Virus record (IMG/VR): IMGVR_UViG_3300007986_000015
DNA from: an uncultured virus (IMG/VR IMGVR_UViG_3300007986_000015)
Taxonomy: Duplodnaviria; Heunggongvirae; Uroviricota; Caudoviricetes
Strand: one strand, 5' to 3'
DNA: 20,000 bases
Shown here piece by piece: positions 1 to 8,075 of this stretch (within the stretch, counting starts at the first letter, position 1; each line of letters starts with the position of its first letter). The notes under the pieces were generated by a model. It did no database searches and was not told the DNA's origin. It saw only the letters and a list, made by a program, of their open reading frames with translations. A program made the position numbers and the translations under genes.

Positions 1-155
1 CTAAGGCATTTGAATTGATTAAGAAGCTCGAAGCCGATGATGGCATGAGAGATGAATGGCGCCACATGGCGTATGAGTTCTACAAAGAACATCAGGATGC
101 AGAGAATGTCTTTGCTGAAATGTTCGCTACTGCGGAGGCTAAAATTGCGAGTTAA
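1..155 (+). CDS. 3' end of probable DNA alpha-glucosyltransferase (T4 Agt-like glycosyltransferase), partial
   Basis: Frame from nt 3 reads KAFELIKKLEADDGMRDEWRHMAYEFYKEHQDAENVFAEMFATAEAKIAS*, TAA at 153-155. The 'R..AYEF...HQD...F' stretch resembles my recollection of the T4 Agt C-terminus. Only 50 aa are visible. Confidence 0.55.
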   Translation, partial: KAFELIKKLEADDGMRDEWRHMAYEFYKEHQDAENVFAEMFATAEAKIAS

Positions 156-172
156 ACATGCTCTGCAGCAGC

Positions 173-225
173 CCTTGCGCTGGTGAAAAGTTTGCTAGTT
201 ATAAATAACACAAACCAGCGCAAGG
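173..225 (+). promoter_or_regulatory. RBS-sequestering 12-bp hairpin with a T4-type late promoter in its loop
   Basis: CCTTGCGCTGGT (173-184) is the exact reverse complement of ACCAGCGCAAGG (214-225), which overlaps the SD AAGGAG (222-227). TATAAATA lies at 200-207. Confidence 0.85.
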
Positions 226-233
226 AGTTAATT

Positions 234-803
234 ATGACAGGGTATGTTTATCACATTCGGGATCCTAAATGTAGCGATTTAGATCACGGTTATATTGGTG
301 TTACGAAGCATCTTAACAAACGATGGAAAGCACATCAAGGCGATCCACATTGTACAATGCATCATTGGATTCGAATTCATAATTTGAAGTTAGAAGATGT
401 TGATATTATTTTTAAAGGTGATATTGAAGAGTGCTATCAAATGGAAAAGAAATTGAGACCAAAACAGAAGATGGGTTGGAACGTTGCATCTGGCGGTGGT
501 TGCGGCCCATACATTTCAGGAATTGAAGATCTCAGTGCACATAGATCAAAGGCTCAAAGCGAACGTATGAAAGATGAAGCACTTAAGAAAAAACAGGGAG
601 AAACCTTTAAAGAAAACTACTACAAGAGTGAAGATTCGCAAAAGTTACGGTCGCGCCGTACTACAGAACATATGCAAGATCCTATTAAGAGAGCAAAATG
701 CTTAGGTGCAATGCATAAATTGGTCCAATGCCCGCATTGTGATTATAAAAATAATGCAGGAAATGTGGCCTTACACATAAAAAGAAAACATAAAAATGAA
801 TAA
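234..803 (+). CDS. Free-standing GIY-YIG (Seg-like) homing endonuclease with C-terminal zinc finger
   Basis: YVYHI...GYIGVT..L..RW..H, later E (QMEKKL) and GWN; C-terminal CPHC-x12-H-x4-H. Start moved to ATG 234 behind SD AAGGAG. Confidence 0.85.
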   Translation: MTGYVYHIRDPKCSDLDHGYIGVTKHLNKRWKAHQGDPHCTMHHWIRIHNLKLEDVDIIFKGDIEECYQMEKKLRPKQKMGWNVASGGGCGPYISGIEDLSAHRSKAQSERMKDEALKKKQGETFKENYYKSEDSQKLRSRRTTEHMQDPIKRAKCLGAMHKLVQCPHCDYKNNAGNVALHIKRKHKNE

Positions 804-1992
804 ACACGCCGTAATTATACCTCTAATTGGAGGAATGCCCATTGCTATGGAGCACGTCTTCAAAAGACCGCCTGAATATATCTTGTCATACACTCCCTTT
901 GCTGCGAATGATGCGCAATACCGTGCATACCGCCCAAATGTGCCGTATATGTTCATTGATAAGAATGAAGCGAAGTCTTTTAAGCTTGCGCCAGTTGATA
1001 TTGTGACAACCCTCTGCCCATGCGCAGGGCTATCTTCATTATCACCATCGGCTGCTGCTGAGTCGACTACAAATGATTGGATGACAATTACGGCTAAGTA
1101 TGTTCTATCTGAACTAGAGCCAAAGGTCTTTTGGGGAGAGAATGCACCTCGTCTTGCAAGTAAGATGGGCGAGCCAACCGTGAATAGACTACGTGAGATA
1201 GCGAAGTATAATGGCTATACCTTTTCGCTTTACAAGACTAAGTCTATACTGCATGGCTTGAGTCAAGTGAGGGACAGGTCATTCTATTTCTTTTGGAAAG
1301 GTACAGAGACGCCTATCCTGAAGTACTTTCGCAGAAAGCATGAAACGATTGATGAAACAATTCTGAATGCGTTTGTATCGAAGGATGATCCTATGAATAT
1401 GCCAGCTAATAATAGAGCGCCAATGGATGATCCATATTACCGCTTCATTAGAACGAAGATATATCCTAACTTCACCCACGCAGAAATCGTGGAGAAGCAG
1501 GTGAAGTCAATTAATGGTATGAGCCTCATTGAAGACAATGGCATCTCATATGATGAAGTAGCTAAATGGATGGAACAACAAGGTGAGCTCAAGAAAGCCG
1601 CGCGTTGTCGGGAAATCAAAGTGAAGCTCGCGTCTGGGGGAAACATTATGCGAAAGATCTGTGAATTTCCAAAGGATCACATAGGTGCGTTTGTAGGACA
1701 CATGCCATCGCAATTGATGCATCCTTTCGAAGAACGCTTCCTTACAGTCCGTGAATGTTTGGCAATTATGAAGATGCCTAGCGATTTTCAGTTACAAGGT
1801 GGGTTGAAGAACTTAAATATGATATGCCAGTCAGTTCCAGTGACAACGGCTGCTGATCTCGCTAGCGAGATACTAGCGTACCTAAACGGCAAGCGAGACA
1901 CAGTAACAACGTCATTCCTAGTGCAGGATAATAAGAAGCAAACTTCGTCAATTGCGCCTATGCCGTGTGTAACACTTAATGAATTCATGTAA
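796..1992 (+). CDS. Divergent DNA cytosine-C5 methyltransferase-fold protein
   Basis: Catalytic PC (LCPCAGLS), motif VI (GENAP), motif VIII (QVRDRSFY) and motif IX (RFLTVRECLAIMKMP) are present. Motif I (IIPLIGG) and motif X (ICQSVP) are non-canonical. Confidence 0.8.
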   Translation: MNKHAVIIPLIGGMPIAMEHVFKRPPEYILSYTPFAANDAQYRAYRPNVPYMFIDKNEAKSFKLAPVDIVTTLCPCAGLSSLSPSAAAESTTNDWMTITAKYVLSELEPKVFWGENAPRLASKMGEPTVNRLREIAKYNGYTFSLYKTKSILHGLSQVRDRSFYFFWKGTETPILKYFRRKHETIDETILNAFVSKDDPMNMPANNRAPMDDPYYRFIRTKIYPNFTHAEIVEKQVKSINGMSLIEDNGISYDEVAKWMEQQGELKKAARCREIKVKLASGGNIMRKICEFPKDHIGAFVGHMPSQLMHPFEERFLTVRECLAIMKMPSDFQLQGGLKNLNMICQSVPVTTAADLASEILAYLNGKRDTVTTSFLVQDNKKQTSSIAPMPCVTLNEFM

Positions 1993-2418
1993 AAGAAAAT
2001 TCACTACAGCATAGCGTTAACGCAGTGCGTAATCCATTATATATCAATATGGCATATGCGAATGGTAAAGGCTGCTTTGGTATGACTAAATCGCATTGGA
2101 AAGGGAAACGAGGTTCAGAGTGCCCGTGGTATGGGGTGAAGAAATCTAACCGAGAAAATTATGTAAAATCACGTCTAGGCGATAAGAACCCCGCCGCTAA
2201 GTCTTATAAAGTGTTCAATGAGCATGGCGAACTCATTTTAGAACGTAATGCCAACATTCAAAAAACACTGTATTGAGCATGGAATTCCAGAGTATGTCGC
2301 ACGAAAGCTAAAAATTCTAACGATAAGCCTCTAGAATATCCAAAATCAAAAAGTAACAATAAAGTAAATTAGAAACCATTTATCCTGAATATCGGGGGTG
2401 GTACGTAGAAAGGCAAAC
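1992..2418 (+). pseudogene. Decayed Seg-type homing endonuclease remnant (C-terminal DNA-binding part, frameshifted)
   Basis: KENSLQHSVNAVRNPLYINMAYANGKGCFG...GSECPWYG...GDKNPAAK (NUMOD3-like) continues in other frames as FKKHCIEHGIP and YPEYRGWYV. There is no start codon or GIY-YIG domain upstream (in-frame stops at 1977-1982). Confidence 0.65.
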
Positions 2419-3060
2419 ATGTTTATTACATTCGAAGGACCCGAAGGATCGGGCAAATCAACTCAACTCAAAATGCTCGCTGATCGCTTAACGCTTAGCA
2501 ATTACGATGTGATCACTGTACGAGAACCAGGCGGAACGATCATGGGTGAAGCTGTACGGAATATCCTACAGCACGATTCATGTGGACCTAACATTTCTCC
2601 AGTAGCTGAAACGCTATTGTTCGAAGCAAGTCGCGCACAGCTCATCCATGAAGTCATTGGCCCGGCATTAGCGCAAAATACAATTGTGCTTTCAGATCGC
2701 TTCATCGACTCAACCATGGCTTATCAAGGCTATGGCCGGAAGTTCCCGCTAAAAGATATTGAAGCACTCAACTCATTTGCCACGCAGGAACTGATGCCGG
2801 ATATTACAATCTTACTTGACCTTCCAGTTGAGGCAGGGTTCGAACGTATCTTTAAAGAGACCAAAGGAAAGGCAAACCTCGATCGTATGGAACGTGAATC
2901 CATGAACTTCCATAATCGGGTCGCTAATGGATATCGTGGCCTCGCGGCGGCTGATAATAACCACCGCTTCACTACAATTGACGCTAATAGGTCTTTGGAA
3001 GAGGTTCACGAGGATGTTTTGGCTGTAGTTCTTCTATCGTTGGCCTCAGACGATACCTGA
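2419..3060 (+). CDS. tmk: Thymidylate (dTMP) kinase, bacterial type
   Basis: FITFEGPEGSGKST P-loop, REPGGT, LLFEASRAQ, DRFIDSTMAYQGYGR, PDITILLD. ATG 2419 follows GAAAGG. Confidence 0.95.
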   Translation: MFITFEGPEGSGKSTQLKMLADRLTLSNYDVITVREPGGTIMGEAVRNILQHDSCGPNISPVAETLLFEASRAQLIHEVIGPALAQNTIVLSDRFIDSTMAYQGYGRKFPLKDIEALNSFATQELMPDITILLDLPVEAGFERIFKETKGKANLDRMERESMNFHNRVANGYRGLAAADNNHRFTTIDANRSLEEVHEDVLAVVLLSLASDDT

Positions 3061-3121
3061 TATGATGGTATTTCAAAACTACAGTATGTAAGCGGCAGCT
3101 AGAGCCCTACTTATGCATTTT

Positions 3122-3162
3122 ACGCCCTCATGGGTCATTTTGAGCCCATCGAGGGCGTTTTT
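3122..3162 (+). terminator. Rho-independent terminator after tmk
   Basis: ACGCCCTC-ATGGG...CCCAT-C-GAGGGCGT stem followed by a T run. Confidence 0.7.
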
Positions 3163-3235
3163 GTCTCAAAAGTGATTGTGTAAGTGCCTTCTGAAGCCAT
3201 ACTTAGCAAAAAGTACCTTCTGGATGAAAATAATG

Positions 3236-3266
3236 GTGTACATAGCCGTGGAAACTGTGGTATAAT
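3236..3266 (+). promoter_or_regulatory. Early (sigma70-type, T4 Pe-like) promoter P1
   Basis: AAAATAATG-GTGTAC (3236-3241) N19 TATAAT (3261-3266), with TGTGG extension. Confidence 0.85.
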
Positions 3267-3301
3267 AATATTAGGAACAAGTTAAAGGAAGAGGATACAG
3301 T

Positions 3302-3802
3302 ATGAGCAAGCAGATCACCAAGCGTCAAAGAATCATCGATTTTGTTAAGGAAGGCGGAGTTGAGGGCCGCACGTTCTCGGAATGTCAGGAGTTTATTTGT
3401 AAAGTTAACGGTCGTGACTGGAACCTCTTCCGCCAGGAGAAGAATTGGAATACTGACGAAATGGTGTTTCGTCGGGTAAACCGCGGTTATTACTGCACCG
3501 GTCTTCGTGGTTGGAATCGTCCAATCCTTGACGGTACAGTTATCATCAAGGACTCTTTCACCGGTCGGTGGGTCCATAGTGACAATCTTAAGGAATCCGT
3601 GCCGCCTACGATGGTTACCACCTTCATTTTTAATGGCGAGCCAGTCATTATCACAGGTGGTGTATTCCCGAGTGCTGACTTTATGACATGCCGGGTGATC
3701 ACACAGGTTCGCATTACGTTTGAAAATGGCAATAGTAAGGACGTTGATTTTGAATCGCTTCTCCAGCTGGAGGATGCGAGGGAATTCACATTTAAAGGAT
3801 GA
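3302..3802 (+). CDS. Hypothetical early protein
   Basis: 166-aa ORF directly after P1, SD GAGGA. Confidence 0.8.
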   Translation: MSKQITKRQRIIDFVKEGGVEGRTFSECQEFICKVNGRDWNLFRQEKNWNTDEMVFRRVNRGYYCTGLRGWNRPILDGTVIIKDSFTGRWVHSDNLKESVPPTMVTTFIFNGEPVIITGGVFPSADFMTCRVITQVRITFENGNSKDVDFESLLQLEDAREFTFKG

Positions 3803-3815
3803 TCGCAAAATAACG

Positions 3816-3845
3816 GTGTACATCGGTCATCGATTGGTGTATAAT
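3816..3845 (+). promoter_or_regulatory. Early promoter P2
   Basis: AAAATAACG-GTGTAC N18 TATAAT. Confidence 0.8.
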
Positions 3846-3869
3846 AGATCCAGAATAAAGGAAGACACT

Positions 3870-4043
3870 ATGGCAACTACAGTTATTACTGACAGAGCAA
3901 GCGAGTTTTGGGGCATTGAGGCCAATGTGGAATACGTTGTCATTAGGTCCTATTTTTATAATGGCGAAGGCTGGTACAGTTTACGCCGCCCTGACGGATC
4001 TATATTTGAAGCTCCCGACGTGTTTTTCATGAACATCAAATAA
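3870..4043 (+). CDS. Small hypothetical protein (57 aa)
   Basis: ATG 3870 after AAGGAAG, downstream of P2; MATTVITDRASEFWG... Confidence 0.7.
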   Translation: MATTVITDRASEFWGIEANVEYVVIRSYFYNGEGWYSLRRPDGSIFEAPDVFFMNIK

Positions 4044-4054
4044 AGAAAGCGAAT

Positions 4055-5185
4055 ATGAACATTAAAACATTTCCAACCCTATACCGCCAGCGTCAATCCG
4101 GTGCCATCCAGACTTGGACGATCTCAACTGAAGATAACGTCATCGTAACCCGCTGGGGACAAGAAGACGGTTCCATGCAGGAATCTCGTGATGAAGTAAA
4201 AGAAGGCAAGAATATTGGTCGTTCCAACGCCACTACGCCAACTGAGCAGGCCCAAGCTGAAGCGCAATCCAAGTGGGAACGTAAGCTGAAGCGAGGCCAT
4301 GTACAGGAACGAACCGGGGCAAAAACCGGGCAGATTGACGCAATCATTGAAGGTGGTGTCTGGCCTATGCTGGCCCATCGATTTGATAAGGTTGGGCATA
4401 AGATCAACTTCCCAGCATTCACTCAGCCCAAGTTCGATGGCCATCGTTGTGTGGCCATTATTGACGACAAGGGGAAGTGCGCTTTGTGGTCACGCTCACG
4501 GAAGCCCATTACCTCTTTGCCACACATTGTAGAAGCATATGAGGCACTGGATGTACGTAACATGGTGTTTGATGGAGAACTATACAACCATAAGTATCAT
4601 GATGACTTTGATCAGATCTCGAGTTTGATTCGGCACGACGAACCCGTTGAAGGTCACACGGAAGTACAGCACCATGTTTACGACCTAGCCATGTCAGGTT
4701 TGGACTTCAGTGAACGCCACTATATCATTGACGACCTCATATCAGGGGCCTCCGAGTATTTGGTCATCGTAGAAACCCTTGAAGCTGAGGATGAGATGGA
4801 AGCTATAGCTGCGTTCGAACACTTCCTTGAGGTGGGTTACGAAGGCGCCATGCTGCGGAACAAGGTTGGGGAATATGTTTTCTCTCCTTCTAAGCGGTCC
4901 TACGATCTGCAGAAGATTAAGAAGTTCCACGATGACGAATTCGAAATCACCGGGGTCAAGGAAGGCCGCGGCAAGATGGCAGGCCATGGTATCTTCATCT
5001 GCCAGACGAAGGATGGTTACTCATTTGACGCCAAAATGAAGGGCTCGCTGGCGGATCTGAAGAAGTACTTTGACAGCCCAGATAAGTACATCGGACAGAT
5101 GCTCACCGTGCAGTATCAGGCGATCATTAAGAAGACGGGTGCCCCTCGCTTTCCTGTGGCTCTTCGCCTACGAGAGGATATCTGA
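4055..5185 (+). CDS. lig: ATP-dependent DNA ligase with N-terminal WGR-like domain
   Basis: Motif I QPKFDGHRC, SRSRK, FDGELY, VYD, EGAMLR, KIK; OB-fold end TVQYQ...PRFPV. Confidence 0.92.
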   Translation: MNIKTFPTLYRQRQSGAIQTWTISTEDNVIVTRWGQEDGSMQESRDEVKEGKNIGRSNATTPTEQAQAEAQSKWERKLKRGHVQERTGAKTGQIDAIIEGGVWPMLAHRFDKVGHKINFPAFTQPKFDGHRCVAIIDDKGKCALWSRSRKPITSLPHIVEAYEALDVRNMVFDGELYNHKYHDDFDQISSLIRHDEPVEGHTEVQHHVYDLAMSGLDFSERHYIIDDLISGASEYLVIVETLEAEDEMEAIAAFEHFLEVGYEGAMLRNKVGEYVFSPSKRSYDLQKIKKFHDDEFEITGVKEGRGKMAGHGIFICQTKDGYSFDAKMKGSLADLKKYFDSPDKYIGQMLTVQYQAIIKKTGAPRFPVALRLREDI

Positions 5186-5186
5186 A

Positions 5187-5441
5187 GTGATTAAGATCTA
5201 CGGAAAATCCTTTGATATGAAATACCCTTCATTCTGCGAGTCGGAGATTGATATGGGTGCAGGAGGAATATCCTCCCGCTTCACTATTATTGGCATAGTA
5301 GAGAATGCAGTATCATGGTATGATGGCAGGTTATGTTTAGGTATGGTTGCTGGTGTTACATGGCCTGGAGATTTTCCGGAACCGACAATAGATACGTACG
5401 GTAGAATTCTAATTGATGAAGACGATTGGACAATGACATAA
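5187..5441 (+). CDS. Hypothetical protein
   Basis: GTG 5187 just after the ligase stop; its stop overlaps the next ATG (TAATG). Confidence 0.6.
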   Translation: MIKIYGKSFDMKYPSFCESEIDMGAGGISSRFTIIGIVENAVSWYDGRLCLGMVAGVTWPGDFPEPTIDTYGRILIDEDDWTMT

Positions 5442-5992
5442 TGGCAGCTTATTTTACATCAGACTTGCATTTCGGTCATGGCAGCATAATAAAGTATTGC
5501 CAACGCCCGTTTCGAGACCGCGATCATATGCTCAAACATATGATTACGATCATTAATCAACGGGTAAAACCTAATGATACGTTGTATCATATTGGTGACT
5601 TTTGCGCCTATGGACGCGAAAAGGGTGTCATGGGAGATAAGGCCCCGGCGACGTACTATGAGGATTTGATCAATGCCAAGGTTATTCATATCATGGGTAA
5701 TCATGACTCGAATAACAAGGTCAAGGATGGTGTTGAATATGCAGTCATGCGAATGAGCAACCTAAATGTCCTTATGGTGCATAAGCCCGAGTGTGTTTAT
5801 GTGGACACGCTATTGGCAACCGGCGCAATCGATTTAGTTCTGTGCGGGCATGTTCACGAGAAGTGGGCGGAACGCGTTATAGATGGCATTCTCCGCATCA
5901 ATGTTGGTGTAGATGTACGTCGGTTCGTCCCTATGAGTAAGATGGACGTTTTGAAAATATACCACAAATGGAAGGGTGGACAAAATGATTAA
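5441..5992 (+). CDS. Calcineurin-like metallophosphoesterase
   Basis: TSDLHFGH, IGDF, MGNHD, VH, CGHVH, INVGVD motifs. Confidence 0.92.
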   Translation: MAAYFTSDLHFGHGSIIKYCQRPFRDRDHMLKHMITIINQRVKPNDTLYHIGDFCAYGREKGVMGDKAPATYYEDLINAKVIHIMGNHDSNNKVKDGVEYAVMRMSNLNVLMVHKPECVYVDTLLATGAIDLVLCGHVHEKWAERVIDGILRINVGVDVRRFVPMSKMDVLKIYHKWKGGQND

Positions 5993-6596
5993 GAAGATTT
6001 ATTTAGATGTTGATGGAGTATTGGCAGATTTTACCACATCAGCGTTGCTCTATCATGGGATTAGACCCGAAGAGGTTAATTGGCCTGCAGGTTGTGATCG
6101 CATGGGTCCTATGCTAGGTATGACATCTGATGAGTTCATTAAAGAGCTGGATGATTATGACTTTTGGTCAAACCTTGGTGTTTTGCCTAATGGTAACCTC
6201 ATCTACAACCTAGTGGCAGAATTCTGCCATCTCCACCGCATCCCATTTGCGATCTGTACTCAATATCCCGAGGGGATGAAAGATAATTTTATTGCTGGAA
6301 GGAATGATTGGCTTGACCGTAACGCATTTTCCGATGGTGAACGTATATATGTCAGCTCGGCAGTTGGCAAGGGCCCTCTAGGTGAACCAGATGCATTGCT
6401 CATCGATGACATGGATTATATCGTCGATGCGTTCAGTGCCAATGGCGGTTATATTCATCAACCGGCTCGATATTGGAATAGATTCCACGATCTTGCCGGC
6501 CCGAACCATCTCTTTAGTAGTCGGGCCCGCCTTGATGAGCTCGCTTTAATGACTAGCGTATTGAATCACTTTCATTCTTTGGAACCTACGGCATGA
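5985..6596 (+). CDS. HAD-family 5'(3')-deoxyribonucleotidase-like phosphatase
   Basis: IYLDVDGVLADF (DxDGV), FWSNL, LLIDD. Confidence 0.85.
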   Translation: MIKKIYLDVDGVLADFTTSALLYHGIRPEEVNWPAGCDRMGPMLGMTSDEFIKELDDYDFWSNLGVLPNGNLIYNLVAEFCHLHRIPFAICTQYPEGMKDNFIAGRNDWLDRNAFSDGERIYVSSAVGKGPLGEPDALLIDDMDYIVDAFSANGGYIHQPARYWNRFHDLAGPNHLFSSRARLDELALMTSVLNHFHSLEPTA

Positions 6597-6919
6597 GCAG
6601 ATCGTTCAAAAAGACACCAATCCATGGTATAGCTAAATGCTCTTCTGAAAAGCAGGATAAGCGTATCTGGCATCAGCGGTTGAGAACTCATAATCGTATG
6701 TTATGCAAGTCTGCTACGCTCTCCACAGCCGACGCTGCAGAAGCGTTGATGTTCCCTATGGAACACGACGTGTCAAATAAATGGTCAATGGCCAAGGACG
6801 GTAAAGCTTACTGCGCGTATGATCCCGATAAAACATATCCAGACCGGAAAGATCCATCACAGCGTCTACCGTTTTGGAAAAGCGAGTATGAATACTATCG
6901 CTCTATCTTAAGTAAATGA
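6593..6919 (+). CDS. Basic hypothetical protein
   Basis: ATGA overlap with the upstream gene. MSRSFKKTP..SEKQDKRIWH..W.M.KDGK resembles a family of uncharacterised small basic proteins I recall. Confidence 0.75.
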   Translation: MSRSFKKTPIHGIAKCSSEKQDKRIWHQRLRTHNRMLCKSATLSTADAAEALMFPMEHDVSNKWSMAKDGKAYCAYDPDKTYPDRKDPSQRLPFWKSEYEYYRSILSK

Positions 6920-6928
6920 GAATATATT

Positions 6929-7213
6929 ATGTCAAGAAAGAAATCCCTGCCTAAGAGTCATGTCTTTGACGATATTCGCTACAGATTAAAAGATCAATCG
7001 GGGCTCCCAGAAGGCAAGCTTGGAGAATGTAACTACGAAAAGAAGACTCTCTATATCCCACTCGAGGGAAATACCCTAGAAGATCTGGACGTTATCATCC
7101 ACGAAGGCCTCCACGCGGCGTGTCCTCTTATCTGCGAATACTACATCAATATCATTGCAACAACCATCGCTAAGCTCCTATGGCGCCTGGGATGGCGGAA
7201 AACTGTAGAGTAG
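6929..7213 (+). CDS. Small HExxH (zincin-like) protein
   Basis: LGEC...IIHEGLHA...E motif. Confidence 0.7.
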   Translation: MSRKKSLPKSHVFDDIRYRLKDQSGLPEGKLGECNYEKKTLYIPLEGNTLEDLDVIIHEGLHAACPLICEYYINIIATTIAKLLWRLGWRKTVE

Positions 7214-7234
7214 TCATCCTGCATCAAGGCTTTA

Positions 7235-7429
7235 CACAACTACAGTATGTAAATGGCCATCGGAGCCATATTTATGCATTTTACGCCCTCATGGGTCGAT
7301 TTTGGCCGATTTTGGGCCCAAAAGGCCGAAAAAGGTGATTGTGTAAGCCCCTTCTAGAGGCCTACTTAGCAAAAAAGTGCTGTCGGGATCACTTTTTTGT
7401 GTACTTTATGGCTGAAACTGGTGTATAAT
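7235..7429 (+). repeat. Repeated intergenic regulatory cassette, copy 2, including early promoter P3
   Basis: Boxes TAAA-N16-ATTTA (7250-7274) and TAAG-N16-ACTTA (7344-7368); GTGTAC 7399-7404 N19 TATAAT 7424-7429. Confidence 0.85.
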
Positions 7430-7469
7430 GGTATCAAGCAACAGGGCAGCAGCCCAGAAGGAAAAGAGA

Positions 7470-8069
7470 ATGAACGACATAGACGACATCATGGACGCAA
7501 TGGCAACCGAAGGCAGTATTGAGGATTTTGATATGGACGCATCTACTGCGGCTATCGAGAACCTGGACATCGTGATCCCAGATGAGGATACCGACGCGGT
7601 TGAAATGACCGACGCTGAGATGGAAGCTGAAGATGCTGCCATCCGTGCTGAGATCAACGCTGAGTTGCGCCGAACTGGCCAGTCTGTGGTTGATGACGAA
7701 TGCGACCTTATTACCAAGCAGGTTGCAGCAGACGTTGTTGTGGCCAAGAAGTCCGCGAAGAAGGCCAAGGCGAAGGCACCTAAGGCGAAGGTCGCGAAGA
7801 CCGACCGTGGTCGGAAGCCGAAGATGAACCTCGAGGACACCACTAAGATGCGCGATATTCTCGTGGATGCCACCTCTAAGGAGGCTGACCTCACCGTAGT
7901 TAAGCGTTGCATCTTTATGCAGGCCCTTGAGCCAGTGTTCAGTCTCCGCGACATCTACCGCGAAACTGTACACCCTCGCTTCAAGGCGACAGTCCGTGGC
8001 TGCTATAATGCGGCCGCGATCATCGAGTCCCTGACCGCCCAGATCATGATCCTCAACGGAAAGGGGTAA
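7470..8069 (+). CDS. Hypothetical protein with very acidic N-terminus and Lys/Ala-rich, AT-hook-like centre
   Basis: ATG 7470 after AAGGAAAAGAG; D/E-rich first ~60 aa; KKSAKKAKAKAPKAK..RGRKPK. Confidence 0.8.
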   Translation: MNDIDDIMDAMATEGSIEDFDMDASTAAIENLDIVIPDEDTDAVEMTDAEMEAEDAAIRAEINAELRRTGQSVVDDECDLITKQVAADVVVAKKSAKKAKAKAPKAKVAKTDRGRKPKMNLEDTTKMRDILVDATSKEADLTVVKRCIFMQALEPVFSLRDIYRETVHPRFKATVRGCYNAAAIIESLTAQIMILNGKG

Positions 8070-8075
8070 CCCACC

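Larger units (their letters stand above)
3075..3266 (+). repeat. Repeated intergenic regulatory cassette, copy 1 (two TAAG-N16-ACTTA boxes, hairpin, early promoter)
   Basis: Boxes at 3089-3113 and 3181-3205. Shares AACTACAGTATGTAA, TTATGCATTTTACGCCCTCATGGGTC and GTGATTGTGTAAG..ACTTAGCAAAAA with the copy at 7235. Confidence 0.85.

Noticed and set aside
3181..3205. Calling the TAAG-N16-ACTTA box an IHF site
   Set aside because: It lacks the WATCAA core of the E. coli IHF consensus on both strands, so the binding protein is left unassigned.
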